A stretch of 64,000 bases of DNA, taken from NCBI GenBank assembly GCA_963667175.2, contig CAXXXF010000006.1:480001-544000 (forward strand), read 5' to 3'. Under the pieces are notes generated by a model. It was not told where the DNA came from and ran no database searches. It was given only the letters and a program-made list of their open reading frames with translations. Made by a program: the position numbers and the translations under genes. Positions 9,290 through 19,423 of the stretch are shown piece by piece (positions within the stretch are counted from its first letter, which is position 1; every line of letters begins with the position of its first letter). This DNA comes from Candidatus Latescibacterota bacterium (GTDB lineage: Bacteria > Latescibacterota > UBA2968 > GCA-2709665).

Positions 9290-9368
9290 CTTGACGGCTG
9301 TCCAGGAACGGACGGTTACTGAAATATGGGAGTCGTAAAGTGCCGTAAACCGGCGTTATCGCGGTCTT

Positions 9369-9420
9369 ATTACCAGCAGCAGTAAATAGTGGCCAGTGGC
9401 CAGTGATCAGGAAGAGCAGT
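9369..9420. repeat. Left half of the heptamer repeat element, split by the ORF-less intron (right half 10182-10205)
   Basis: ATTACCAGCAGCAGTAAATAGTGGCCAGTGGCCAGTGATCAGGAAGAGCAGT aligns with 3027-3071. Confidence 0.8.
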
Positions 9421-10181
<761 letters not shown>

Positions 10182-10183
10182 TG

Positions 10184-10675
10184 TCAGCTTCCATTTATTT
10201 TCATGTGCCAGAATGGTCTGCCAACGGTGTCGCGAAAGGCGTTGATCCGTCTGGCCGAAAAGGTCTTGAAAGTCCTCACAATTTCGGGTAAACGATGTCG
10301 AGGCGCATTCCTGGATGTAGGGGCAGGTTTCAAACCTGCCCCTACCCGCGGGACGTGTACAAGTGTGTGCGCCAGGATCAGGATGGCGTGCAGGGGGTTG
10401 GGCATCAATATCCGGAGGTCTATCTTCACGTGCGGATAATGGCGCGGCAACCCTTCCCAGGCAGCCTGCGTTAGTCGACCAATTTCGCTGTAGCGCATCG
10501 TGCCATTTATTACCTCACCAAACTCACACACACGATTCCGGGTGCAAATTGTGACAAAATACGCTCCAGGACGGCTGTAATCAAAACCCTTCAGGCGTAT
10601 ATTCCGACGGCGGGACGCAGACAGATTGCCGGTGGGCATCGATGGACCAACGATTGGGCGCTCAAACCCTTTCAT
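10184..10675 (-). pseudogene. Truncated REP-associated tyrosine transposase (RAYT, Y1 HUH family)
   Basis: RRNIRLKGFDYSRPGAYFVTICT and IVRTFKTFSARRIN are present. The HUH motif reads MPNPLH instead of MPNHxH. The ORF ends at PFWH, before the catalytic Tyr segment (normally WQRxYY/FxH). Confidence 0.85.
10317..10345. repeat. REP palindrome (GTAG type) inside the RAYT gene
   Basis: GTAGGGGCAGGTTT-C-AAACCTGCCCCTAC, perfect 14-bp arms. Confidence 0.85.
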
Positions 10676-10727
10676 AGACGGTCATGCTTTCAGGTGGGTT
10701 CGCACGTCTTTCAGCGAGGAGCATTCG

Positions 10728-12703
10728 GTAGAGTCGAGAGGTGGCGCGGTGGTGTAGGAGAGGCCTATCTGTTTCCGCCCCTTTCGTCTGGCGGTGCCTC
10801 AATAGCCGCTCCGCGCTCCGTTTCCACGTCCCGCTCATCGAACCGGACGTGCGGATTTACCGCATCCGGCTCTCGGACAAGGAGTCATGCGTTCGCCCAC
10901 GGAAGGTTGTGCGTCTGCACCTCCAGCCGGGTCAGGCCCAACGTATTGTAGAGGACCTCGTCAGGGAGACGGGACGTCCCCTTTCCCGGTATTCGGTACT
11001 TGTTGCACAACCACCAGCGGAGCCGTTGCCGGGTGTGGCTGTCCACACTCCGGTAGGCTTTGCTGACCGGACCAAGACGGAAGTAGTTGCCCCACCCTGT
11101 TAGCTTTCGGTTCAGGTGGGCAATCCGTTCTTGATGGTCTTTCAGCAGCCACCGCCGCGCCGTTGCCTCGCTGATGGCCCGGCAGATGTGCCGGATGGCC
11201 TTCTTTGACGGGCGCGTGCCGATATAGGCCTTTCCCGTCTTTGGTGAGTAACAGCGTTCGATGGTGTAGCCCAGAAAGTCAAATCGTCCTTCAGGAAGCG
11301 TGCATATGCCCGTCTTCTGCTCGTTCACCGTCAACTTGAGCGCCTTCATAATGGATCGCATCGCGCGCATCGCTTCTTTTGCGGTGCCGCGACAGCAGAT
11401 CACAAAATCGTCCGCGTAGTTGACAATATGAGCCTTCAGGCGTTGCTGATGTCCCCGAACCTGCCATCCCAGAATGAACCGCCGCATATACAGGTTCGCC
11501 AGCAGGGGCGAGATCGGGGCGCCTTGCGGTGTCCCCCTTCCCTGATCCTTGTTCGGCGTCGTTCGACGTTTGCGGCCCCGCTTGTCGGTCTCCTCAATCG
11601 GCGCGGTCAGCCACAGCTTGACCAGGCCCAGCATACGCCCGTCACTGATGCGACGCGCCACACATTTCATCAGCTCGGCATGCGGGATCGTGTCAAAGTA
11701 ACCGCTCAAGTCCGCGTCGATCACCTGCGTATGGCCACGGCTCACCAGACTGTGAACCGCCCTGATGGCGTCGTGCGCACTCCGTTTCGGACGGTACGCA
11801 TACTGCGCCGCTGGCAGGTCCGCCTCAAAGATCGGCTCCAATACCAGCATCGCCGCGGTTTGCACCACCCGATCTTTCACCGTCGGGATGCCCAGCGGCC
11901 TTTGCTTCCCGTTCGGCTTGGGGATATACACCCGACGGATCGGAGACACCCGATACGATTTGCTCCTTACGGCTTCCGACAGTTCGCCTAACCACCGCTT
12001 TTGCCCATATGACTCGATATCCGCAAACGTCTCGCCGTCCACGCCCGCCGCGCCGCCGTTGGCCTTGCAGCAGCGGTACGCATAAAGCAGGATGTCCTCG
12101 CGATACACCTTGTCATACAGCGCGTAGAATCGGTAGCCGGGCGATTCCTTCGCTTTGGCATGCAACGTCCTCTGCAACTTCCGAACCTTTTCCGGAGGTC
12201 TTAGGCTCATACCAATCTCCAGGCTCTCGCTCCTTTGACGTTGCCCTTGAACCAAGGCCCCTTTCCTCCGCCGGCATTACCCGGCTTCTCAGGTACTACG
12301 GGCCTCTCCGCCACCCCACGCGGCCCGGCCTGACCCTCACGGGCTGCCGGTTGGTGTCTCCACCACCGCCTGGGGCTTCCCGTGTTGCGTCGGAACTCCT
12401 TGTATACGTGCCTCCGCCACTACCCCGGCGGGACCGTTGGGTGCTCGCGTTGCCTGCTTCCCCAACGACGGCGGCCTTCCCCGAAATTCAGGCGGGTCGG
12501 CTCCCGCATTACCCTTTTCGAGGCCTGCGCAGCGTTCACTCACGTTTCGGCCCGCATACTCGCCAAGTCGCCTTGCGACCCTCTACACCGGAGGCTTCGG
12601 AGATGTCGTTTCCTACGTCCCCGCTCCGATTGCTACCGACTGTGGCAACACTTGTCGGGTGGGACTCTCACCCACTGAAGTTCCGCGCCTTTTCACGGCG
12701 CAC
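10728..12703 (-). mobile_element. Group II intron (IIB-like) with RT/maturase ORF, 1976 nt
   Basis: 5' GTGCG at 12703. Domain V with AGC triad at 10872-10840. 3' end ...CTCTAC at 10728. Internal RT ORF. Confidence 0.95.
10885..12210 (-). CDS. ltrA: Group II intron reverse transcriptase/maturase (no obvious HNH endonuclease domain)
   Basis: Motifs IPKPNGKQRPLGIP, DADLSGYFD, GTPQGAPISPLLAN, YADD, FDFLGY and X-domain GWGNYF. Start MSLRPPEK at 12210. Confidence 0.96.
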   Translation of the reverse strand: MSLRPPEKVRKLQRTLHAKAKESPGYRFYALYDKVYREDILLYAYRCCKANGGAAGVDGETFADIESYGQKRWLGELSEAVRSKSYRVSPIRRVYIPKPNGKQRPLGIPTVKDRVVQTAAMLVLEPIFEADLPAAQYAYRPKRSAHDAIRAVHSLVSRGHTQVIDADLSGYFDTIPHAELMKCVARRISDGRMLGLVKLWLTAPIEETDKRGRKRRTTPNKDQGRGTPQGAPISPLLANLYMRRFILGWQVRGHQQRLKAHIVNYADDFVICCRGTAKEAMRAMRSIMKALKLTVNEQKTGICTLPEGRFDFLGYTIERCYSPKTGKAYIGTRPSKKAIRHICRAISEATARRWLLKDHQERIAHLNRKLTGWGNYFRLGPVSKAYRSVDSHTRQRLRWWLCNKYRIPGKGTSRLPDEVLYNTLGLTRLEVQTHNLPWANA

Positions 12704-12712
12704 TGAATACGC

Positions 12713-12737
12713 GGGCAGGTTTGAAACCTGCCCCTAC
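12713..12737. repeat. REP palindrome next to the intron 5' end
   Basis: GGGCAGGTTT-G-AAACCTGCCC followed by CTAC. Same family as 10317-10345. Confidence 0.8.
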
Positions 12738-13268
12738 GAATTTGGGTTTGAGATGCGTCTTATTACGGGGAGATTTTTACAGTTTACATCATCCTGCTCT
12801 GGCGTAGCCGGGCATTGACGTCAACCAATTGTCGCACCCGCTAACAAAGCGCTACTTCCAGGTCCCACTCGTACGGTTCGCCGACCTCTAATCGTGTCAT
12901 CTATTTAACGCTCACCGTAATTGTCCTCACTATGAGTCCAACTTAACCGCGTATTCTTCAATCGTACCGTTGGATTTGTCCGCAACTTCCATACGAGGCG
13001 GTCTCCAGATATAACGGAAGCAAAAAGAGCTTCAGGATGAAGTAAGAAACGAATGAGCAAGGGCGGTGACGGATTTGCCGCGTTCACGCCATCTGCGTGT
13101 TGGGTACCGGGAGCACGGTAGCGCCGTGGCGTCAGGTTGCCCTGAATTCCGCTGTCGAAAGCACAAACGTCTTCCTGGCCATTGGTCGTTTCGATGCAAA
13201 CGTGAAGGCGAGGTCAGCACGTCGATGGGTTATCGAACACCCTTTGCCAGTTTTGAGAGCTATGTGGG

Positions 13269-14387
13269 TTAAGGCGTGAAGATGAAAATCTGATCCGTAA
13301 TCGACTCAGGAGAATGACCGCCATCCGTCGTCTTCAATCCGCCGGCGATAAGGACGCGGCCGTCATCGAGGAGCGTAACCGTCAACCCGGATCGCCACGG
13401 TCCTATGCTGTGTCCCGTAGGCGAAAACACCTGGGTGTCCGGATTGTACAGTGCGATATTGCCGTTGTCCCGGTGGATGAAAAACACCCTGCCGGACGGC
13501 AGCAGCAGGGCGGCCAAGGGATCCATTACGGAAGTTCCGGCGGGCGAGAAGGTGTTTGTCTCGGGGTCGTAGATCTCGGGCGTCTGTGCGCGACGCCCGT
13601 CTCGCCTGTAGCCGCCGACGATCATTACCCTGCCGTCCTGAAGGAGCACCGCCTTATGGAGTATGCGGTCGACCTGCAGGCTGCCTGCATCTGAAAAGGC
13701 TTCGGTCGAGGGATCATAGATGAAATTCCGTCCCGGCAGCCATTCCCCTACGATAGGTTTTCCTCCAACGATCAGCACGCGGCCGTCCTTCAACAAAGTT
13801 GCCGTATGCAAAATTCCTGGATGGTCCATCGCGAATGTGTCGGAAAATGTGCCTGTAGCGGGATCGAAAACACGCCATCGTCCACCCCCGGGGTGCCCGC
13901 TGATCAAAAGGACCTCTCCGTTGGGCAACACGGTGGCAGTCCGGGTCCCGACCGAAAAGGGTGCGTCTGCAACGGCGTCGAATCTGCCGGAATGAGGATC
14001 GTACTTCTCAATGGGGAGTCTAAGAAAACCGGATATAATCAGAACCCGACCGTCGGGAAGCAGTATTCCGTGGTCCTTGCTGCGACTGGCGTTCATGTTT
14101 CCGGTTCGCGTTGAGATGCCGGTTTCAGGATCGAAAATCTCCGCGCTGACAAGAAGATCCTGCTCCACAACACCTCCTCCGGCAGGAGGTAGCGCCGCGT
14201 TGCCGCCGGCAATCAGGACCTTGCCATTCTGCAATAGTGTCGCGACATGCAGATTCCGGGGTCGAGTCAGATTTCCAACCTCGTGGAGACCCCGTTCACG
14301 GTCCGGCATCATCACCGAATCGCTTCCGCAAGCGCAGAAGCTGGAGACGATGAACAGCGCTTTGAGGAATCTGCCAATCATCTCCAT
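13269..14387 (-). CDS. Kelch/galactose-oxidase repeat lipoprotein
   Basis: Lipobox-like FCAC. Repeated HTATLLxDGRVLIxGG and EIYDP units. Confidence 0.88.
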   Translation of the reverse strand: MEMIGRFLKALFIVSSFCACGSDSVMMPDRERGLHEVGNLTRPRNLHVATLLQNGKVLIAGGNAALPPAGGGVVEQDLLVSAEIFDPETGISTRTGNMNASRSKDHGILLPDGRVLIISGFLRLPIEKYDPHSGRFDAVADAPFSVGTRTATVLPNGEVLLISGHPGGGRWRVFDPATGTFSDTFAMDHPGILHTATLLKDGRVLIVGGKPIVGEWLPGRNFIYDPSTEAFSDAGSLQVDRILHKAVLLQDGRVMIVGGYRRDGRRAQTPEIYDPETNTFSPAGTSVMDPLAALLLPSGRVFFIHRDNGNIALYNPDTQVFSPTGHSIGPWRSGLTVTLLDDGRVLIAGGLKTTDGGHSPESITDQIFIFTP

Positions 14388-14630
14388 TCCCCCGTTTTTG
14401 GACCGTACAATAGGACTTCAACGCAAGATGCGTTTATGTTTGAAAATGCTGCTTGCCTACCGTATCACTGCTGTCCAAGAACCGTGGTGATCTTAAAGAA
14501 AAGTTCGTAAAGTGGCGTCAAAAGGCGTTTTTGGACAGGTGTGAAATCCACTGAAACCCTGTGAAGGCGGGGCTGTGCATTGAGCTGCAAGATTGACCAT
14601 GGAGCAAATGTCAGAGTCGTCTTTCCCGGG

Positions 14631-14998
14631 ATCGAGGGCATCCCTGCCCTCGTCGGTTAATTCGCGATGCCCTGGCGCCGTAACTCAGGATGTGATTTCG
14701 GATGGAAGGGAAGTAATTGGCCCCTGGTGTGGAAATTCGTCGGTTTCTCGAAGTTCGAGGGCAGGGATGCCCTCGATCTGGATACTGGTAGATCCTGGAC
14801 TGACGTAGGGTGAGATGGACTCGGTTCGAGGGATGTCGAATCAGTTATTCCGCCGCCTCCAACGAACTTGCTTCGGATGCGAAGGAAGCAATATGCCCGC
14901 GATGTGGATATCGATGGGGCACCTGCTATTCGAGGGCAGGGATGCCCTCGATCCGGATACTGTTGGATCATGTCGTGATAGAGGGCAGATCGCCTTCG
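14631..14998. repeat. Cluster of REP-like palindromes (second family)
   Basis: TCGAGGGCA-GGGA-TGCCCTCGA at 14755 and 14930, an inverted copy at 14631, and a degenerate copy near 14981. Confidence 0.75.
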
Positions 14999-15128
14999 GT
15001 CGCAGGGCGCGCGTTTCCAGCGTAGCGACCTGGTGGTTTTACCAGGTTCTGCGGCGACAAGTAAGGAGAAGATTCCATGTCCGGTATGAAGTATACGTCA
15101 TTCGAAATCGCGTGAGGCGGTGGGCGCC

Positions 15129-16163
15129 CTATTTTTTTTCCCGGAACCCGGCGGAATCAACCGCGCTCAGCCGGCGAGACAGCAGGAGGCGGATCAACCC
15201 CGGGCCCCCCGCGAACAGGTAGGTGAGAAAGGCAAGACCGTGCATCGCCGTTGCGTACGCCAGGGCGTCCGTGAGCGGCACGTCGCATACCACGTTGAGC
15301 GTCTTGCTGCAGAAGTAATGGTAGGTTCCGGTTCCTCCCGGGGTGGGGATGATGACGCCGATGGTCGAGATGACCAGGACGACGACGGCGTCGTAAAAAC
15401 CGAGGTCGTACCGGGAAGCGAAACCGAACGCGAAGAACGTGGCATACGACGTCAGGATGTATGCCAGATTGAGAAGGATGCTGGACGCGAGGATGCCGAT
15501 GTAGCCCGAGGTCGCATGAACGCCGCCCAGTCCCTGAAACAGCGACCGGAGAATCCCGGTCATCCGGTCCGCGAACGACCGGGAGACCCATCGGACGGGA
15601 AGTCGCATGACGTTCAGCGCGCGATCACCGTAGACCGACAGAAGCGCGAAAAGCACGAGAATGCCCACCGTGGCCGCCAGTGCGAGGAGCGCGACCCCTT
15701 CCATCCATGGGAACGCTGCGACGACTCTGTCTCTGGAAACATAAAGGACGCCGCCCAGAAAAATGAGGAGCGTAAGCATGTCGATTGCCCGTTCCACGAG
15801 GATGGTGGCCAGAATACCGCTCAGCGGCACGCGCTCATCCCTTTGCAGCGCGACCCCGCGCGCGATCTCCCCCGCGCGTGAAACGACGTTGGAGGCCGCG
15901 TACCCCACAAGGATGGCATGGCTGGCTCTCCGGAAGGAAATCCGACGGCTGACGGGCGCCAGCAGGATCCGCCAGCGCCAGGCGCGTGGCGGAATCGAGA
16001 GGACAAGCAGAAACGCACTCAACGCCAGCCACGAAACCCCGGCCTGACGCAAGGCAGACCACAGGCCTGCCGGGGCGACGCCCTGAAAGGCCAACCACAG
16101 AAACCCCGCCGCAAGCGCCACGCCGACGGTGAATTTGAGCAGTGTCTTAATGGTATGAGACAC
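15129..16163 (-). CDS. Lysylphosphatidylglycerol synthase TM / flippase-like (UPF0104) membrane protein
   Basis: RAWRWRILL, RAGEIAR, ERAIDM and IPTPGGTGTYH motifs; multiple TM helices. Confidence 0.88.
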   Translation of the reverse strand: MSHTIKTLLKFTVGVALAAGFLWLAFQGVAPAGLWSALRQAGVSWLALSAFLLVLSIPPRAWRWRILLAPVSRRISFRRASHAILVGYAASNVVSRAGEIARGVALQRDERVPLSGILATILVERAIDMLTLLIFLGGVLYVSRDRVVAAFPWMEGVALLALAATVGILVLFALLSVYGDRALNVMRLPVRWVSRSFADRMTGILRSLFQGLGGVHATSGYIGILASSILLNLAYILTSYATFFAFGFASRYDLGFYDAVVVLVISTIGVIIPTPGGTGTYHYFCSKTLNVVCDVPLTDALAYATAMHGLAFLTYLFAGGPGLIRLLLSRRLSAVDSAGFREKK

Positions 16164-16187
16164 AAGGGCTTTCGTAAGAATCCATTC

Positions 16188-17078
16188 TCAGTAACCGAAT
16201 CCGCGCAGGGCCTGTTCTTTTTTCCGCCAGTTCCGGTGAACTTTCACGCGAAGGTCCAGATAGATCGGCGCCTTCAGGAACGCCTCTATCTTGCCTCGCG
16301 CGTTCTTGCCGATGGATTTGAGTGTATTTCCATTTGCGCCGATGACAATACCCTTCTGGGACGTTCGTTCAACGACGATACTGGCGCTGACGTAGGAACG
16401 GGGACTGCCCTCGCGAAACGTCTCCACCTTGACCGCCGCGGCGTAGGGCAATTCCTGCCGGAGTTGCAGGAAAATCTCCTCACGGATGAGTTCGGCCACG
16501 AAGAATCGCTCGGGGTGCTCGGTGAGCACGTCTTCCGGGTAATATTCGGGGCCTGCCGGCAGCGCCCGCTCGAGACTGTCATTGAGCCGTTCGACGTTGT
16601 AACCGGACCGGGCGGAAACCGGCAGAATTTCCTGAACCGCGGCTTCTTTCCCGACGGTATCGGCGCACTGCCGCGCCCGGGCGGCGGAAACCAGGTCGGT
16701 TTTGTTCACCGCGACAATGCGCGGGCTCGGCGCCCTGCGAAGGACGTCACGCACTTCCCGGTCGAACGTGGCGTCGAAGTCGGTGGCGTCGATCACACCG
16801 AGAAACACGTCCGCGTCGCTTATCGAACGCCTGATCTGATCGCACATTCGCTCGTGCAGACCGCGGCCGGGCCGGAGCAATCCCGGCGTATCCAGAAAGA
16901 TCATCTGAGACGTACGGGAGGTACGGATGCCCAGAATCCGATGGCGCGTGGTCTGAGGCTTTGCGGTCACAATGGACAGGCGTTCGCCGACGAGCAGGTT
17001 AAACAGCGTGGATTTTCCCACGTTGGGTTTGCCGGCGATGACGATGTATCCGGATCTGAAATCGGACGTGATTCGCAT
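16188..17078 (-). CDS. era: GTPase Era
   Basis: GKPNVGKST, QTTR, DTPG and NKTD motifs; KH domain QKGIVIGANG. Confidence 0.97.
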   Translation of the reverse strand: MRITSDFRSGYIVIAGKPNVGKSTLFNLLVGERLSIVTAKPQTTRHRILGIRTSRTSQMIFLDTPGLLRPGRGLHERMCDQIRRSISDADVFLGVIDATDFDATFDREVRDVLRRAPSPRIVAVNKTDLVSAARARQCADTVGKEAAVQEILPVSARSGYNVERLNDSLERALPAGPEYYPEDVLTEHPERFFVAELIREEIFLQLRQELPYAAAVKVETFREGSPRSYVSASIVVERTSQKGIVIGANGNTLKSIGKNARGKIEAFLKAPIYLDLRVKVHRNWRKKEQALRGFGY

Positions 17079-17090
17079 TACCCCTTTAAG

Positions 17091-17575
17091 TAAAAAAACT
17101 CACATGGATGGACAGGATGGACAGGATAAAAACCAAAAGAAAATGAAATTCAGAAACTACGAAACACGCGAAACACACGAAAAAACAAACAACGGAAACG
17201 ACAAAACACGCGAGATAAGCGAACAATGCCTGGCTGGACCCTTGAACTCATCTCACTGAAAAATCAAAACTCACATGGATAGACAGGACGGACAGGATAA
17301 AGGCCAAAAAGCGAGACAAAGGCACGAGAAAACGAACATCGGGAACTACGAAATACGCGAAACACACGAAAAAACGATCAGGATTTACAGGATTCGCAGG
17401 ATTAGAAACCAGGAGCAGGATGAAAACCGAAGAGCGAGACAAAGGCACGAGAAAACGAACATCAGAAACTACGAAATACGCGAAACACACGAAAAAACAA
17501 ACAACGCAAACGACAAAACACGCGAGATAAGCGAAAAGCGCGACAAAGGCGCGAGAACTGCACGAGAAAACGAGT
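17091..17575. repeat. A-rich modular repeat array 2
   Basis: Same units as 1626-2016. Near-exact internal duplications 17311-17375 ~ 17434-17498 and 17151-17224 ~ 17463-17535. Confidence 0.85.
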
Positions 17576-17808
17576 AACTGCAATCCACGAGAAAGCGCGG
17601 AACGGCAGTAAATCGATTCACCATAGACCGCACGTCGTCATCACGAACACCCCAAACCCCAACGTAACGTTAGCCAAACCGATTCGGGACGCTTCAAGGT
17701 CTTCGATATTTTCTCCGCTAATGTTATTGAAAATCAACCGATTATGCAACAAACACACCGGTTTTCATGAATATTTCAGGCTCTGGTTTTTTCCGAATTT
17801 TGCTTTTC

Positions 17809-17835
17809 ATCCTGCCTATCCTGTGTATCCATGTT
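17809..17835. repeat. Inverted copy of the CATGGAT..CAGGAT unit
   Basis: ATCCTGCCTATCCTGTGTATCCATGTT. Confidence 0.6.
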
Positions 17836-17891
17836 TGGCGTCGTTTGCAGCCGTTCGGCGAAGATCACCAACTGCAATTGACATGGATGGA

Positions 17892-18839
17892 TCAGAAATA
17901 CAATGACCCCGAGACGCGGTAGGTATTGTCCAATTCGCCGTGCTCGAGAAAGGCGAGGTCGAAGGCAACGCGCCCGCGAAGCCGGACGCCCGCGCCCGCG
18001 GTAAAGTGATTTCCCCTTGCGCCAAGGCGGAAGGCCAGCCGGTTCCGGTACAGGTATTCCACGCCGATCCGCACACCCTGCAAACGGTCCACCTCGGAAT
18101 TTTCCTCACCGAGGTTCAGACTCCCGCTGCAGGTGATGCGTCCGTCAATCGCCGCGACCGGCCGCGCGAGCGCCAGGCCTACGACAAGAACCGGGGGAAC
18201 CCGGTCCGTCGATCCCGTGTCGAAGGTGATCTTCATGGGGATGAGATTGCGAATCTTCATGCCCGCCGACAGGCCGGGCCGGGGCACGTACAGCATCCCG
18301 AAATCAATGCCGAAACCCGATCCTGTACCGACGCCCAGCCTTCGGGATACAAGCTTCACGCCGGCGCCGGCGAACAGATTCGACCTCAGGCCTCGGCCGA
18401 AGCCAAGGTGAAGGTGGTATTCGGTCGTACCGACGACACGAGTGACGACGGGCCGGTTGTCCGGACCCGGCGAAAGCGTCGGATCCTCCAGAGTCGTGAG
18501 CTTGACGCCGTCGACACCCAGGCGCGTCAGGCCGACGCCGAAGCCACCGAGCGGAGAGGGGCCGCACACCGTGAAGACGTCATGTTTGACCGTGCCGCCG
18601 AACTGTTCGGCATGCTGGATCTGCAATTCTCTCTTCCGGAGTCTGTGAAGGCCTGCCGGATTCCAGTAGATGGCGGTTGCATCGTCACTCACGGCCACGA
18701 ACGCGCTTCCCATCCCCAGCGGTCTTGCGCCCGTGCCGAGCAGCAGAGGGGCTTCCGAGTATCGTGTTTCATTCTGCGCGGGAACGGGCGCCGGACTCGA
18801 CAGGGCCAGCATCAGTATTGTCAGGAGAAACGGCTTCAC
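17892..18839 (-). CDS. PorV/PorQ (UPF0164)-family outer-membrane barrel
   Basis: Signal peptide, GTGARPLGMGSAFVAVSDDATAIYWNPAGL, and C-terminal aromatic residue (SLYF). Confidence 0.85.
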   Translation of the reverse strand: MKPFLLTILMLALSSPAPVPAQNETRYSEAPLLLGTGARPLGMGSAFVAVSDDATAIYWNPAGLHRLRKRELQIQHAEQFGGTVKHDVFTVCGPSPLGGFGVGLTRLGVDGVKLTTLEDPTLSPGPDNRPVVTRVVGTTEYHLHLGFGRGLRSNLFAGAGVKLVSRRLGVGTGSGFGIDFGMLYVPRPGLSAGMKIRNLIPMKITFDTGSTDRVPPVLVVGLALARPVAAIDGRITCSGSLNLGEENSEVDRLQGVRIGVEYLYRNRLAFRLGARGNHFTAGAGVRLRGRVAFDLAFLEHGELDNTYRVSGSLYF

Positions 18840-19423
18840 GGCGAAGGCTCCCGGGGTGTGGTTTCCGCGCAGGGAACGAGTATGGCGGTGCTTCCCGGCT
18901 GGAGTGCGGATCCCAGGGCTTTGACGTGCGATGAATCGAGGACGATGACGCCGGACTTTGCAGGAAGGGGAAATTCGGCAGGCTGAATGAGCAGCGAAGG
19001 AGAAAAATAGAGCCGGGAACGCGCCCGGGGCCCCTCGATCAGCCTGCCGCTGAAGTCGAGCGGTAAACGGCGGCCGCGAAGCCTGAGTCCGGGATTCCCG
19101 GGTTCGACGCTTAGCGGATCGATCCGGGCGATCATCCGGAGTCGGTAAGACGATCGGGGCAATGCTCCCGAAAATCGATATTCCTTGATGGCGCAGGCCC
19201 TGAGGACGTGGGCGCCGGCTTTCAGATAAACCTTGCGGGACGGCAGATCGATGACGAGATAGTAGACGTTCGGGTTCTCTTGCGCGAACTGAAGTTCAAG
19301 TTCCAGGGCCAGTTTTCTGTGCCGGAGCGCCTGTTCGAGCGAGTCGGGCACGCTCCCGCCGCCTGCCGCAGGGGACGGTATGGATACGGCGAATGGGATG
19401 GTAACGAGAACAGCGAGGATCAA
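18836..19423 (-). CDS. Degenerate L,D-transpeptidase (YkuD)-like exported protein
   Basis: TTG start overlaps the upstream stop (TTGA). YYLVIDLPSRKVYLKAG resembles the first YkuD strands. KSGVIVL sits where THGCIRL is expected. Confidence 0.55.
   Translation of the reverse strand: MILAVLVTIPFAVSIPSPAAGGGSVPDSLEQALRHRKLALELELQFAQENPNVYYLVIDLPSRKVYLKAGAHVLRACAIKEYRFSGALPRSSYRLRMIARIDPLSVEPGNPGLRLRGRRLPLDFSGRLIEGPRARSRLYFSPSLLIQPAEFPLPAKSGVIVLDSSHVKALGSALQPGSTAILVPCAETTPREPSP

Noticed and set aside
10885-12210. RT as a retron, DGR or defence RT
   Set aside because: It lies inside a complete group II ribozyme and has a maturase X domain. No TR/VR pair or msr-msd was seen.
10728-12703. Class IIC assignment based on insertion after a hairpin
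   Set aside because: Domain V is full length with an AGC triad, and domains I and VI are long, unlike IIC.
12836-13275. attC/integron cassette around GCTAACAAAGCG and the kelch stop
   Set aside because: No matching GTTRRRY end at a suitable distance and no integrase.
17091-17575. A-rich arrays (also 1626-2016) as CRISPR
   Set aside because: There is no constant repeat with unique, equal-length spacers; the intervening DNA is itself repeated, and no cas genes are present.
16972-17583. Small ORFs over the arrays (MDRQDGQD..., FVCFAYFVV...)
   Set aside because: These are translations of low-complexity repeat units on both strands, with no RBS or protein-like composition.
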